Below the pieces are notes generated by a model, which was not told the origin of the DNA, searched no databases, and saw only the letters and a list, made by a program, of their open reading frames with translations. The position numbers and the translations under genes are program-made. From contig CAVPIB010000007.1 in the NCBI GenBank assembly GCA_963704885.1, positions 160,001 through 224,000 of the forward strand: 64,000 nt of DNA. Reading direction: 5' to 3'. This stretch comes from an uncultured Actinomycetes bacterium. GTDB taxonomy: Bacteria; Actinomycetota; UBA4738; HRBIN12. Positions 37,121-45,351 of this stretch are shown here, one piece after another; positions within the stretch are counted from its first letter, which is position 1; each line of letters begins with the position of its first letter.

Positions 37121-37873
37121 TCACAGCGGGGGCTCGAAGTTGTTGACCAACCGAAGCACCGGCCCCATGACCTGGGTCCATAGACCAGAGATGAGCAACA
37201 CGCCGATCGAGACCATGATGACACCCGATACCAAGGAGATCGCCTCGTGGTGCCGCTTGAGTACGTCGAGGGCTCCCATCAGCCGGCCGACGCCCAGGCC
37301 GAGCAGGATGAACGGCAAGCCGAGGCCCATCGAGTACACGAACAGCAGCAACGATCCCCTTGCAGAGTTGCCCTGAACCGTGGCGAGCGCCAGCGTTCCG
37401 GCCAGGACCGGACCGATGCAAGGGGTCCATCCCGCGGCGAAGGCCATCCCCAAGGGATAGGCCGATGCGCGACCCGGGCGTAGCTTGGTCAGGAAGGGGC
37501 GCCTATCCGCATACAGCGCCGCCGTTCCGGCTCGGAGTCCCTGCAGGATCAAGATCATCCCGACGCCCGCCACCACGACTCCCGCGATCCGCTGCCCCGT
37601 CTGCGACCGAACGATGGGCACGAGCGTTCCCGCGAACGCACCCAGCGCGGTGAACACGGTGGCGAACCCCGCCACGAAGAACAGCATGGGTGCGATGTCG
37701 GGTCGCGTCGTCACACCGCTCGTTCCACCTACCGCCGCACGCGCTTGCGTGCCGGAGACGAACGAGAGATAGCCGGGCACGAGCGGCAACACGCATGGTG
37801 AGGCGAAAGAGACCACGCCCGCTGCGAACGCTATGAGTGGCGCCCACCAAGCCGTGAGATCGAAGACCGACAT
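37121..37873 (-). CDS. ccdA: Cytochrome c biogenesis / thiol-disulfide transporter CcdA
   Basis: AGVVSFASPCVLPLVPGYL and FAAGWTPCIGPVL; six TM segments. Confidence 0.93.
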   Translation of the reverse strand: MSVFDLTAWWAPLIAFAAGVVSFASPCVLPLVPGYLSFVSGTQARAAVGGTSGVTTRPDIAPMLFFVAGFATVFTALGAFAGTLVPIVRSQTGQRIAGVVVAGVGMILILQGLRAGTAALYADRRPFLTKLRPGRASAYPLGMAFAAGWTPCIGPVLAGTLALATVQGNSARGSLLLFVYSMGLGLPFILLGLGVGRLMGALDVLKRHHEAISLVSGVIMVSIGVLLISGLWTQVMGPVLRLVNNFEPPL

Positions 37874-37876
37874 CGG

Positions 37877-38500
37877 TCAGGCTGTGACGCCGAGATCGGT
37901 TTCGATCAGCTGCTCCAGGGACGCGGCGTCCAACCCACCGACCCAGACCTCGGCGATCTCCCCTCCGGGACGGATGAAGATCGTGGTCGGCATCCCCACC
38001 CCACCTGAGGCATTGAAGAAGACCCCGCTGCGGTCGATCGCTGTCGGATAGGTGATCCCGGTCTCCTTGGCGAGCGCGATGCTGGCGCTCGCGGCATCGC
38101 TCTGTGAGATCCCAAGGAAGGCGACCTGGTCACCAAGCTTCTTATGTACCTGCTCGAAGTCCGGCATCTCACCGATGCAGTTGGGGCACCACGACGCGAA
38201 GAAGTTGATAACGAGCGGCTTGTCGGCCAGCGTCGAGTACTCGACCGTGCCGCCCCCTTCGAGCGCCGGCAACTCCAAACTCTCCAGGGTCCCGCCGGTC
38301 CGGATATCCCCCGCGTAGGCGACTCCGCCGGCGCCGTTGCGGATCAGGAGGAAACCGATCCCCACGACGGCGATCAAGACCACGGCTGCGATACCCGCCG
38401 AGCGCAGTCGGGCCTTGTGACGGGCGTGCTTCGCTCGCCTCTCACGAGCTGCTCGCGCCTGTACATTCCTCTCGCCTTTGCTCGCGGCGCGCTCAGCCAC
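37877..38500 (-). CDS. TlpA/ResA-like membrane-anchored disulfide reductase
   Basis: PLVINFFASWCPNCIGEMP, GMPTTIFI; AGGAGG RBS before GTG 38500. Confidence 0.9.
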   Translation of the reverse strand: MAERAASKGERNVQARAARERRAKHARHKARLRSAGIAAVVLIAVVGIGFLLIRNGAGGVAYAGDIRTGGTLESLELPALEGGGTVEYSTLADKPLVINFFASWCPNCIGEMPDFEQVHKKLGDQVAFLGISQSDAASASIALAKETGITYPTAIDRSGVFFNASGGVGMPTTIFIRPGGEIAEVWVGGLDAASLEQLIETDLGVTA

Positions 38501-38564
38501 CCGTCCTCCTGTCGGTCGGGGTTTCCTCGCATGGCCGCGGTCACCCCGCGGCCTCAGCATGTCC

Positions 38565-38626
38565 GACGCCCGTGGACACCGCGCGATTCCGCACCTAGGG
38601 GGAATCTTCGAACAGGGAGCGGCGTC
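38565..38626. promoter_or_regulatory. Back-to-back ECF-type promoters, both GGAATC-N16-CGTC
   Basis: Minus strand 38590->38565 toward tlpA-ccdA; plus strand 38601->38626 toward DUF3179. Confidence 0.75.
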
Positions 38627-38663
38627 CCAAGAGAAAGATGTTCATGCCAGGGAGTCAGCGCCG

Positions 38664-39815
38664 ATGAGGATCGGGCGCATCGCCGCGCTGATAGCGGCGC
38701 TCGCGGTCTTCGCCGCAGCTTGCAGCGGCGGAGCCACCCGCTCGCCGGATGCCGGTGAAAGCGCCTCCGCATCCGATAGCTCGTCGGAGGGAGTGACGCC
38801 ACCGCTCATCGATCTCGACGACATCATCTCCGGCGGTCCTCCGCCCGACGGCATCCCGCCGATCGACGACCCGAAGTTCCTGGCGCCTGAAGACGTCACG
38901 TTCCTGGTTCCCCAGGAACCAGTGATCGCGGTCGAGGTCGAGGGTGTGGCGAAGGCGTACCCGATCCGCATCCTGATGTGGCACGAGATCGTGAACGACG
39001 TCTTCGACGGCACGCCCGTCGTAGTGACGTACTGCCCTCTATGTAACACGGGGATCGCATACCTCCGCCCAACCATCGACGGAGAGCTCCTCGACTTCGG
39101 GACCAGCGGAAAGCTCTACAACTCGAACCTGATCATGTACGACCGCCAGACCAACTCTTACTGGCCCCAGGCGATGGGTAAGGCGGTCGTCGGGCCACTC
39201 ACGGGTGAGGAGTTGGAGTTCGTGCCGGCTCGGATCCTGTCGTGGGGGGACTGGTTGCTGGCCTACCCCGACGGGTTCGTGCTCTCGACCGACACGGGGG
39301 TGTCTCGGACGTACGGGAGCAATCCGTACGCCGGGTACGACCACGAATCGGTCCCATTCCTGTTCGCCGGCGAAACCGACCCACGGCTTCGCGCTAAGGA
39401 GCACATCCTGGGGATCGCCGGCGAGGGCGGCGCGATCGCGTTCCCGTTTTCCGAGCTCGCGAGTCGGGCGACGGGTGGCGCGACCGTGGTTCAAGGTTCG
39501 TTCGGCGGCCCGCGCCTGGTGGTCTTCTGGCAGGCGGGAACGGTGTCCGCTCTTGACGCGGCAGAGATCCCCGAGTCAGAGGATGTGGGTGCCGCCGCTG
39601 CGTACGTCCCCGTCGTCGATGGGCAGCGCCTGACTTTCGAGGTGCAAGGCGGGCGCTTCGTAGACCAGCAGACGGGGTCGGTGTGGTCGATCGACGGCCG
39701 CGCGCTCACCGGTCAGCTGGCGGGTTCCCGGCTCGAGGTGGCCTTGGCTATCGATAGCTTCTGGTTCGACTGGGCAGCCTTCCATCCTGAAACGGAGATA
39801 TTCGGACAGGCGTGA
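38664..39815 (+). CDS. DUF3179 domain lipoprotein (CxxC form)
   Basis: Lipobox FAAAC; GGPPPDGIPPIDDP, WHEIVND, TYCPLCNTG, SGKLYNSNLIMYDRQT, FWFDWAAFHP. Confidence 0.88.
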   Translation: MRIGRIAALIAALAVFAAACSGGATRSPDAGESASASDSSSEGVTPPLIDLDDIISGGPPPDGIPPIDDPKFLAPEDVTFLVPQEPVIAVEVEGVAKAYPIRILMWHEIVNDVFDGTPVVVTYCPLCNTGIAYLRPTIDGELLDFGTSGKLYNSNLIMYDRQTNSYWPQAMGKAVVGPLTGEELEFVPARILSWGDWLLAYPDGFVLSTDTGVSRTYGSNPYAGYDHESVPFLFAGETDPRLRAKEHILGIAGEGGAIAFPFSELASRATGGATVVQGSFGGPRLVVFWQAGTVSALDAAEIPESEDVGAAAAYVPVVDGQRLTFEVQGGRFVDQQTGSVWSIDGRALTGQLAGSRLEVALAIDSFWFDWAAFHPETEIFGQA

Positions 39816-39872
39816 ATGCGGTCATCCGGTTCGATGGTGGCGAGGTCACTCGCGTGGTTGTCGGCTCGCCCC

Positions 39873-40541
39873 TCAGCCGTCGATATCCAGGATCTGGTCG
39901 ACGACTTCGTCGAGATCGCGGCCGACCACGTCGGGGGGACCGACGAGAGGCGCCCACGTCTGGCCTGGGCGTGCGACGAACGCTGCCGCCCACCCCGCAC
40001 TCTTCGCCCCGATAACGTCCCAGTCGTGCGCCGCCACGAGCCGAAGCGCCTCCGGCGCGACACCCAACCGCTCCGAGGCCATCAGGTAGGCCTCGGGCGC
40101 CGGCTTGAATCGCCCAACGGTCTCTACGGAGAGCACGGGATCGAGCAGATCCTCCAGACCTGCGTGCGAGAGTTGAGCGTCGGCGACCGCGGCGGTGGAG
40201 TTCGTCAGAGCACAGGTGTGGAACCCGGCGCTCCGCAGCCGCCGGATGGCTGCGGGCACTTCGGGATGCGCGGGCAGCTCGCGCATCTTGCCGAGCAGCC
40301 GCTCCAGCGCGGGCCCGTCCAGATGTCGGCCGCGGCGGTCGGCGACCGCCAGGAGCGCGGCCCGACCCACCTGCCCGAAGTCGCTGTCCAGGCCCGTGAG
40401 CGTGGCCACGAGCGACAGGTGGAGCATGCGAGCGAACCACTCACGGAGTGCGTCGTCATCGCCGAGGGCTTCGGCGAACGGCTCTCGCATGACAGATAGG
40501 TCCAGCAGCGTCTGGTTCACGTCGAACACGATCGTCCTCAT
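39873..40541 (-). CDS. Haloacid dehalogenase type II
   Basis: IVFDVNQTLLD, LTNS, FKP, VAAHDWDVIGA. Confidence 0.9.
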   Translation of the reverse strand: MRTIVFDVNQTLLDLSVMREPFAEALGDDDALREWFARMLHLSLVATLTGLDSDFGQVGRAALLAVADRRGRHLDGPALERLLGKMRELPAHPEVPAAIRRLRSAGFHTCALTNSTAAVADAQLSHAGLEDLLDPVLSVETVGRFKPAPEAYLMASERLGVAPEALRLVAAHDWDVIGAKSAGWAAAFVARPGQTWAPLVGPPDVVGRDLDEVVDQILDIDG

Positions 40542-40585
40542 GGGATGCCTCCCGTGCGCTTCCTTCCAGACGATATGCAGGTCGG

Positions 40586-41794
40586 TCAGGCGCCGACCGC
40601 GGCGTCCGCCTTGTCCATGAAAGCCCGGATCTGCAGCGCCACCGCCGCACCTTCTCCAACCGCCGATGCGAGCTGCTTCGTCGATCCCGCTCGGACGTCG
40701 CCGGCCGCGAACACACCCCGCGCGGAAGTCATCAGCGTGGATGGATCGGTGACGACGAATCCCCACTGGTCGAGCTCGATCTGACCTCGCAGGAACTCGG
40801 TGTTCGGATCCAGCCCGACGAAGATGAACGCGGCAGCCGGATCGAACTCCTTGAGCGCTCCCGTCGCGCGATCTTCGACGATCACGGTCCCGAGCTTGCC
40901 TCCGTCCGTCGCCTTGAACTCCTTGACCGCGTGCGAAGTGAGGACGTCCATCCTCGGATGAGACCGCACCCGGTCCTGCAGGATCTTGGAAGCCTTCAGC
41001 GTGTCGGCGAACTCGATCACTGTCACGTGATCGGTGAACTGCGTGAGGAAGAGCCCCTCTTCTAGGCCCGAGTTACCGCCGCCGACCACCATCAGCTCCT
41101 TCGAGCCCTTGTAGAACGGCCCGTCACACGTCGAGCAGAAGTGGATGCCCCCGCCGATCAACTCTTCTTCTCCGGGGGCGCCTGTGCGCCGGTACGACGA
41201 CCCGGTCGCGACCAGCACGGCACGGGCTTCGTAGTGGTCGCCGGTAGCGGTCATCACAGCGAGGCAGGTCTCGTCGAGATGCGAGATCGACGTAACGCTC
41301 ACGGCCTGCAGCATCTCCACGCCGTAGCGCTCCGCCTGCTCGACGAACCGATCGGCGAGCTCCGCCCCCCCGATGCCCTCGGGGAAGCCCGGGTAGTTGT
41401 CCAGGCGCTCCGTTACGCCGGCCTGTCCGCCCAGGCCCTTGGAGTCGATGACCAGGGTCTCGAGGTCCTCGCGCGCCGAGTAGATGGAGGTGGTCAGGCC
41501 GGTCGGGCCCCCGCCGATGATGATCAGGTCGTAGATGTGCATGCTCGCGACCCGGGAGATCCCGAGCTTGTCCGCCAGCTCTTCGTTCGAAGGCTCTGAC
41601 AGATGGGACCCGTCCGGGAACACGATCGTTGGGATCACGTTGTTCCCGTCGTTGCGCTCCTGCACGATGCGCTGACCCTCGGGTTCGACGCCGATGTCGT
41701 GCCATTCGAACGGGACACGCTGGTCGGCCAGGAACTTCTTCGAACGCTTGCAGTCGGGGCACCAGTCGGCGCCGTAGAGCTTGATGTCGGCCAT
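40586..41794 (-). CDS. trxB: Glutaredoxin/mycoredoxin-like domain fused to thioredoxin reductase
   Basis: YGADWCPDC...IPTIVFPDG, then IIGGGPTG, HFCSTCDG, VGGGNSG, GVFAAGD. Confidence 0.9.
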   Translation of the reverse strand: MADIKLYGADWCPDCKRSKKFLADQRVPFEWHDIGVEPEGQRIVQERNDGNNVIPTIVFPDGSHLSEPSNEELADKLGISRVASMHIYDLIIIGGGPTGLTTSIYSAREDLETLVIDSKGLGGQAGVTERLDNYPGFPEGIGGAELADRFVEQAERYGVEMLQAVSVTSISHLDETCLAVMTATGDHYEARAVLVATGSSYRRTGAPGEEELIGGGIHFCSTCDGPFYKGSKELMVVGGGNSGLEEGLFLTQFTDHVTVIEFADTLKASKILQDRVRSHPRMDVLTSHAVKEFKATDGGKLGTVIVEDRATGALKEFDPAAAFIFVGLDPNTEFLRGQIELDQWGFVVTDPSTLMTSARGVFAAGDVRAGSTKQLASAVGEGAAVALQIRAFMDKADAAVGA

Positions 41795-41849
41795 CGATGG
41801 ACTCCTTACCGTGGATGCGAGTGGGCGCGTCCGGTCTCGTACCTAGGGG

Positions 41850-41875
41850 AACGCTCAGCGATCACGTGCGATTCC
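41850..41875 (-). promoter_or_regulatory. ECF-type promoter GGAATC-N16-CGTT (SigH/SigR-like GGAAT-N18-GTT)
   Basis: Located 55 nt upstream of the Grx-TrxB start. Confidence 0.65.
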
Positions 41876-42460
41876 ATCGACGCGCCCCCGGCGTTGTGCC
41901 ATCTTCTCGGCCGACATCTGCAGGCCAGCCAGGGAGGTCTCCACGGTGCGCTCCCAGTGTCGGGCAACGACCCGTCCCCAAAGAGCGCCGATCGCCCAGC
42001 CGTCGGTTCCCATCTCACCCGTGTATTCGAGCTGCGTGCCGCTGCCGTCGTCGACCTCCGTCAGGACGAACCGCTCGGTCACGGACGGAACGGGGCCGCG
42101 GACCAGCCGGAACCCGATGCGCTCGGGGCGGTCGAACGAAACCGTCTCGACCGTGACCGCCGTCAGCCCGCCGGCCTTCGTGCGATGCGCGGCAAGCACC
42201 AGATCCGCGCCGGCGTCTAGGACCTCGACCTTCTCCCGTAGCGCTCGAGGCGGGTTCTTCGATAGATAGGGAACGGCGACGAGGTCGAAGACCGTCTCTC
42301 TCGGCGCTCCGATCTTCACGACCTGGGGCCCGAGCGGGCGGGTCCGTCGTCCGAGGCCCGTATCGAGCGTGAGCCTGCCTGTGGCAACGAGCACGAAGGT
42401 CACTCCGGCGGCGATCACCGCCAGGACGCCCAACAGGACGAGCGCGATGACCCAGCTCAT
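41855..42460 (-). CDS. SRPBCC (polyketide cyclase/dehydrase-like) protein with N-terminal TM
   Basis: VKIGAPRETVFD, ETVSFDRPERIGFRLVRGP, TQLEYTGE. Confidence 0.75.
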   Translation of the reverse strand: MSWVIALVLLGVLAVIAAGVTFVLVATGRLTLDTGLGRRTRPLGPQVVKIGAPRETVFDLVAVPYLSKNPPRALREKVEVLDAGADLVLAAHRTKAGGLTAVTVETVSFDRPERIGFRLVRGPVPSVTERFVLTEVDDGSGTQLEYTGEMGTDGWAIGALWGRVVARHWERTVETSLAGLQMSAEKMAQRRGRVDGIARDR

Positions 42461-42636
42461 CGGCCCCTCACGATGAACCAGATCCACAAGGGGACCGTGA
42501 GCAGCTGGAGCTTCTGTGCCCAACAGGTGTCACGCCACCAGGCCCGGAGCCCAGGCTCCCGCTCGGAAGTCGAGCACGACGAGGAACGGCGATCGTCGCG
42601 CGCCCGCGTTGCTCGGTCAGGTTCTTCGAGAGTCAT
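42457..42636 (-). CDS. Small Trp-rich membrane peptide (59 aa), below the ORF-track cutoff
   Basis: MTLEEPDR...AWWRDTCWAQKLQLLTVPLWIWFIVRGR*; ATGA overlap with the SRPBCC start. Confidence 0.55.
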   Translation of the reverse strand: MTLEEPDRATRARDDRRSSSCSTSEREPGLRAWWRDTCWAQKLQLLTVPLWIWFIVRGR

Positions 42637-42714
42637 GAGTTCAGCCTAAGGGACGCCGGGAGGTCGCCCGGATCTCCCACGTGATCACCATGCCCGGTTG
42701 ATCGGATGATGAAG

Positions 42715-42740
42715 GGAATCATCGCTGCCTTCGCTGCGTC
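42715..42740 (+). promoter_or_regulatory. ECF autoregulatory promoter GGAATC-N16-CGTC
   Basis: Directly upstream of the GGAGG RBS and ATG of the ECF sigma gene. Confidence 0.75.
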
Positions 42741-42759
42741 TTGTTGATGGAGGAGGCAG

Positions 42760-43287
42760 ATGGGTACCGAACACGACGCATTCCTGCGAGCCACGATGGG
42801 TTGTATGGACCTGGTCTACAACATCGCCAGGCGCATGGTCTTCTCGGCCGAGGATGCTGAGGACCTGGTGCAGGAGACCTATCTGGCGGCCTTCCGCGCC
42901 TGGGAGGACGAGCGCCGTCCGGACAAGGTGGAGCCGTGGATGGCGACGATCTGCCTGAATCTAGGGCGGTCTCTCTATCGGCGGCGTGCTCGTCGGCCCC
43001 AGGAGGTGCCCCTGGAAGCTCGCCTGCTGGTGTTGCCCGACCAGGCCGACCCGGAGCGCGAGGCGCTGGCGTCGCTCGATCGCGACGCGCTGCACAGAGC
43101 GATGTGGCAGCTCCCCGAGGAGCAGTGCACCGCGCTCACCCTGGTGGACCTCGGAGGTCTCAGCACGGCCGAGGCCGCGTCGGTGATGGCGACGCCCCGG
43201 GGAACCGTGCTCTCGCGCCTGCACCGAGGGCGCCGGGCCCTCGCGCTGCTATTGGCTGACGAAGTACCTGACCGGGAGGTGACGTGA
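42760..43287 (+). CDS. ECF RNA polymerase sigma factor
   Basis: DAEDLVQETYLAAFRAW (region 2), EAASVMATPRGTVLSRLHRGR (region 4). Confidence 0.93.
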   Translation: MGTEHDAFLRATMGCMDLVYNIARRMVFSAEDAEDLVQETYLAAFRAWEDERRPDKVEPWMATICLNLGRSLYRRRARRPQEVPLEARLLVLPDQADPEREALASLDRDALHRAMWQLPEEQCTALTLVDLGGLSTAEAASVMATPRGTVLSRLHRGRRALALLLADEVPDREVT

Positions 43288-43610
43288 TGAGCCGAGACCG
43301 ATCCGACACCGAGGTCGACATCCGGCGTGCGCACGACCCTGACGTGAACGCCTCGGTCTACGTGGCAGGAGAACTGTCCCGCCGTGTCGCTCGATGGTTC
43401 GAGCATCATCTCCTCGAGTGCGACGACTGCTGGCGAGAGGTCTGGCTCGCTCGAAGAGGCCGGTTCGTCGCCGAGCACGCCCGCGAGCTCGCGCCCGCCT
43501 CGCTGAGGGACGCGGTGCGTGGAGCGATCCAGCTCTCGTCCGTAGCCTCCGAGGGAACGGGCCGTCGACGCTGGGCCTGGTTCCGTAGGCGCCCGACGGG
43601 ACGAGGATGA
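43284..43610 (+). CDS. Zinc-binding (zf-HC2/ZAS) anti-sigma factor, soluble
   Basis: YVAGEL...FEHHLLECDDC (HxxxCxxC); overlaps the sigma stop; no TM. Confidence 0.85.
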   Translation: MMSRDRSDTEVDIRRAHDPDVNASVYVAGELSRRVARWFEHHLLECDDCWREVWLARRGRFVAEHARELAPASLRDAVRGAIQLSSVASEGTGRRRWAWFRRRPTGRG

Positions 43611-43999
43611 CCCCGCCGGACGGCACCATGGGGATCGGATCGAGCGACGCGGTCGGCCACCAGATCGACGGTGGTCGCCCTCCGGTGATCGCCGGTCTCC
43701 TCGGCGGGGCGATCGGGGCGGTGTGCTGCATAGGTCCAGCCGTAGGGGTGGCCATCGGGGCGAGCTCAGGGTCCTTCCTGATAGGGCTGAGCCGGTATCG
43801 TCCGGCGACGTTCGCTCTGGGGGCGGTGTTCGCCGCAGGAGCGGTGTGGCTCCAACTCCGCAGGCGCAGGGCCTCGTGTCCGACGCCTCAGTCGTTCCGA
43901 GTGCTCAGGAGTCGCTGGATCGACGTTTCCTTACTGGCGTTCGTGCTGACCTATGCGATCGGCCGGTTCGTGGTGCCGCCGCTCATCGAGCGTCTGTGA
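43607..43999 (+). CDS. MerT-like three-TM metal-transport protein
   Basis: AVCCIGP vicinal Cys in TM1, YRP before TM2, RRRASC loop. Confidence 0.65.
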   Translation: MTPPDGTMGIGSSDAVGHQIDGGRPPVIAGLLGGAIGAVCCIGPAVGVAIGASSGSFLIGLSRYRPATFALGAVFAAGAVWLQLRRRRASCPTPQSFRVLRSRWIDVSLLAFVLTYAIGRFVVPPLIERL

Positions 44000-44067
44000 A
44001 ACTCCGAGGCCGAGCGATCTCTTCGCCTTGGTTCCGCTACTTGGAGGTGACCGCGACTGCCATCGGT

Positions 44068-44103
44068 CGGGCAACAGCAGGGCATAGGGCAACAGCAGGG
44101 CAT
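44068..44103. repeat. Perfect 18-bp tandem duplication GGGCAACAGCAGGGCATA x2
   Basis: Seen directly in the intergenic region. Confidence 0.85.
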
Positions 44104-44220
44104 AGAAGGACGAGCGCTATGGCGGCGGCTGCGACCAGCGAGCCCCGCGCAGCAGGCGATGATCGGCGCCATCGAACATGAGATCGCTGCGTCCTCGCGG
44201 GCTGCTCAGCAGCATGCAGG

Positions 44221-45351
44221 TCAGCCGGTGATTGCGACGCCGAGCAGACTACCGATGCCGTAGGTGAGCCCGGCGGCGGCGAGCCCGAGCACCGCCTGAC
44301 GGAGCCCCGAACGCCATGGGCCCCGGCCGGTCACGAGGGTGATGGCCGCCCCGGTTCCGAACAGGGCGAGGCTCGCCAGGGAGAGGCTGGTGAGCACCGC
44401 GGTGGCCCCGCTCGTGAATAGGAACGGGATCACGGGGATGATGGCGCCGAGGGCGAAGAGGACGAACGAGGCAGTGGCGGCTTCCCACGGGGAACCGCCC
44501 AGCTCGTCGGGGTCGATGCCGAGCTCCTCCCGTGCCAGGGTGTCGAGCGCCGTGTCGTGGTCGGCCATGACCCGGGCCGCCAACTGGCGGGCCTGGGCCT
44601 CGGGCAGCCCCTTGGCCTGGTAGATCAGGGCGAGCTCCTCTTCCTCCTCCTCGGGGAACTCCTCGATCTCGCGAGCTTCGATGTCGATCTGGCGTTGGTA
44701 CAGCTCGCGGGAGGATTGCACCGAGAGCCATTCGCCGAGGGCCATGGACGACGCCCCGGCGAGGAGGCCGGCGAACCCGGCGATCAGCACCGCCTGGTTC
44801 GAGATGTCGGCGCCGGCCACACCCATCACCAGAGCGAGGTTCGACACGAGCCCGTCGTTGGCGCCCAGCACGGCGGCACGTAGCGCGTTGCCGCCGATCG
44901 TCCGGTGGCGTCCCTCGAGCCTTGCCAACGCACCGCCCTCGACGCCGCCGTTACCGCTCGTGAGCGTGCGCAACAGTCGGGCGTGAGACCGTTCGTCGGC
45001 AGGCATCGAGGTGCCGTCGGTCTCGGGCTGGTCGTCGTACATGAACTGGCCCGTCTGCTCCTCCCTCGCCAACGTGGACGCCAGCACGCCCGGTCCGAGC
45101 CGGCGCGCGGACCAGGCCAGGATGCGGGCGCGTCGGGTCGGCGTCCGGGGCGGAACCGGTTGGCCTGCGGCGCGGATCTTGTCCTCCCAGAACGAGGCGT
45201 GTCGTTCTTCCGTGGCCGCGAGGCGCTCGTACAGCTCGGCCAGCTGCGGCTGGTCCTCGAGCTCGGCCAGCGCCCGGTACTGGAACGCCCCGTCGGTCTC
45301 TTCCTGGATGTTCTCGCGGTAGCGGGCGATGTCGTCGCGATCCGCCTTCAT
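44221..45351 (-). CDS. VIT1/CCC1 family transporter with ferritin/rubrerythrin-like N-terminal domain
   Basis: EERH and DERSH motifs; LRAAVLGANDGLVS, AGASSMALGEWLSV, REELG. Confidence 0.9.
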   Translation of the reverse strand: MKADRDDIARYRENIQEETDGAFQYRALAELEDQPQLAELYERLAATEERHASFWEDKIRAAGQPVPPRTPTRRARILAWSARRLGPGVLASTLAREEQTGQFMYDDQPETDGTSMPADERSHARLLRTLTSGNGGVEGGALARLEGRHRTIGGNALRAAVLGANDGLVSNLALVMGVAGADISNQAVLIAGFAGLLAGASSMALGEWLSVQSSRELYQRQIDIEAREIEEFPEEEEEELALIYQAKGLPEAQARQLAARVMADHDTALDTLAREELGIDPDELGGSPWEAATASFVLFALGAIIPVIPFLFTSGATAVLTSLSLASLALFGTGAAITLVTGRGPWRSGLRQAVLGLAAAGLTYGIGSLLGVAITG

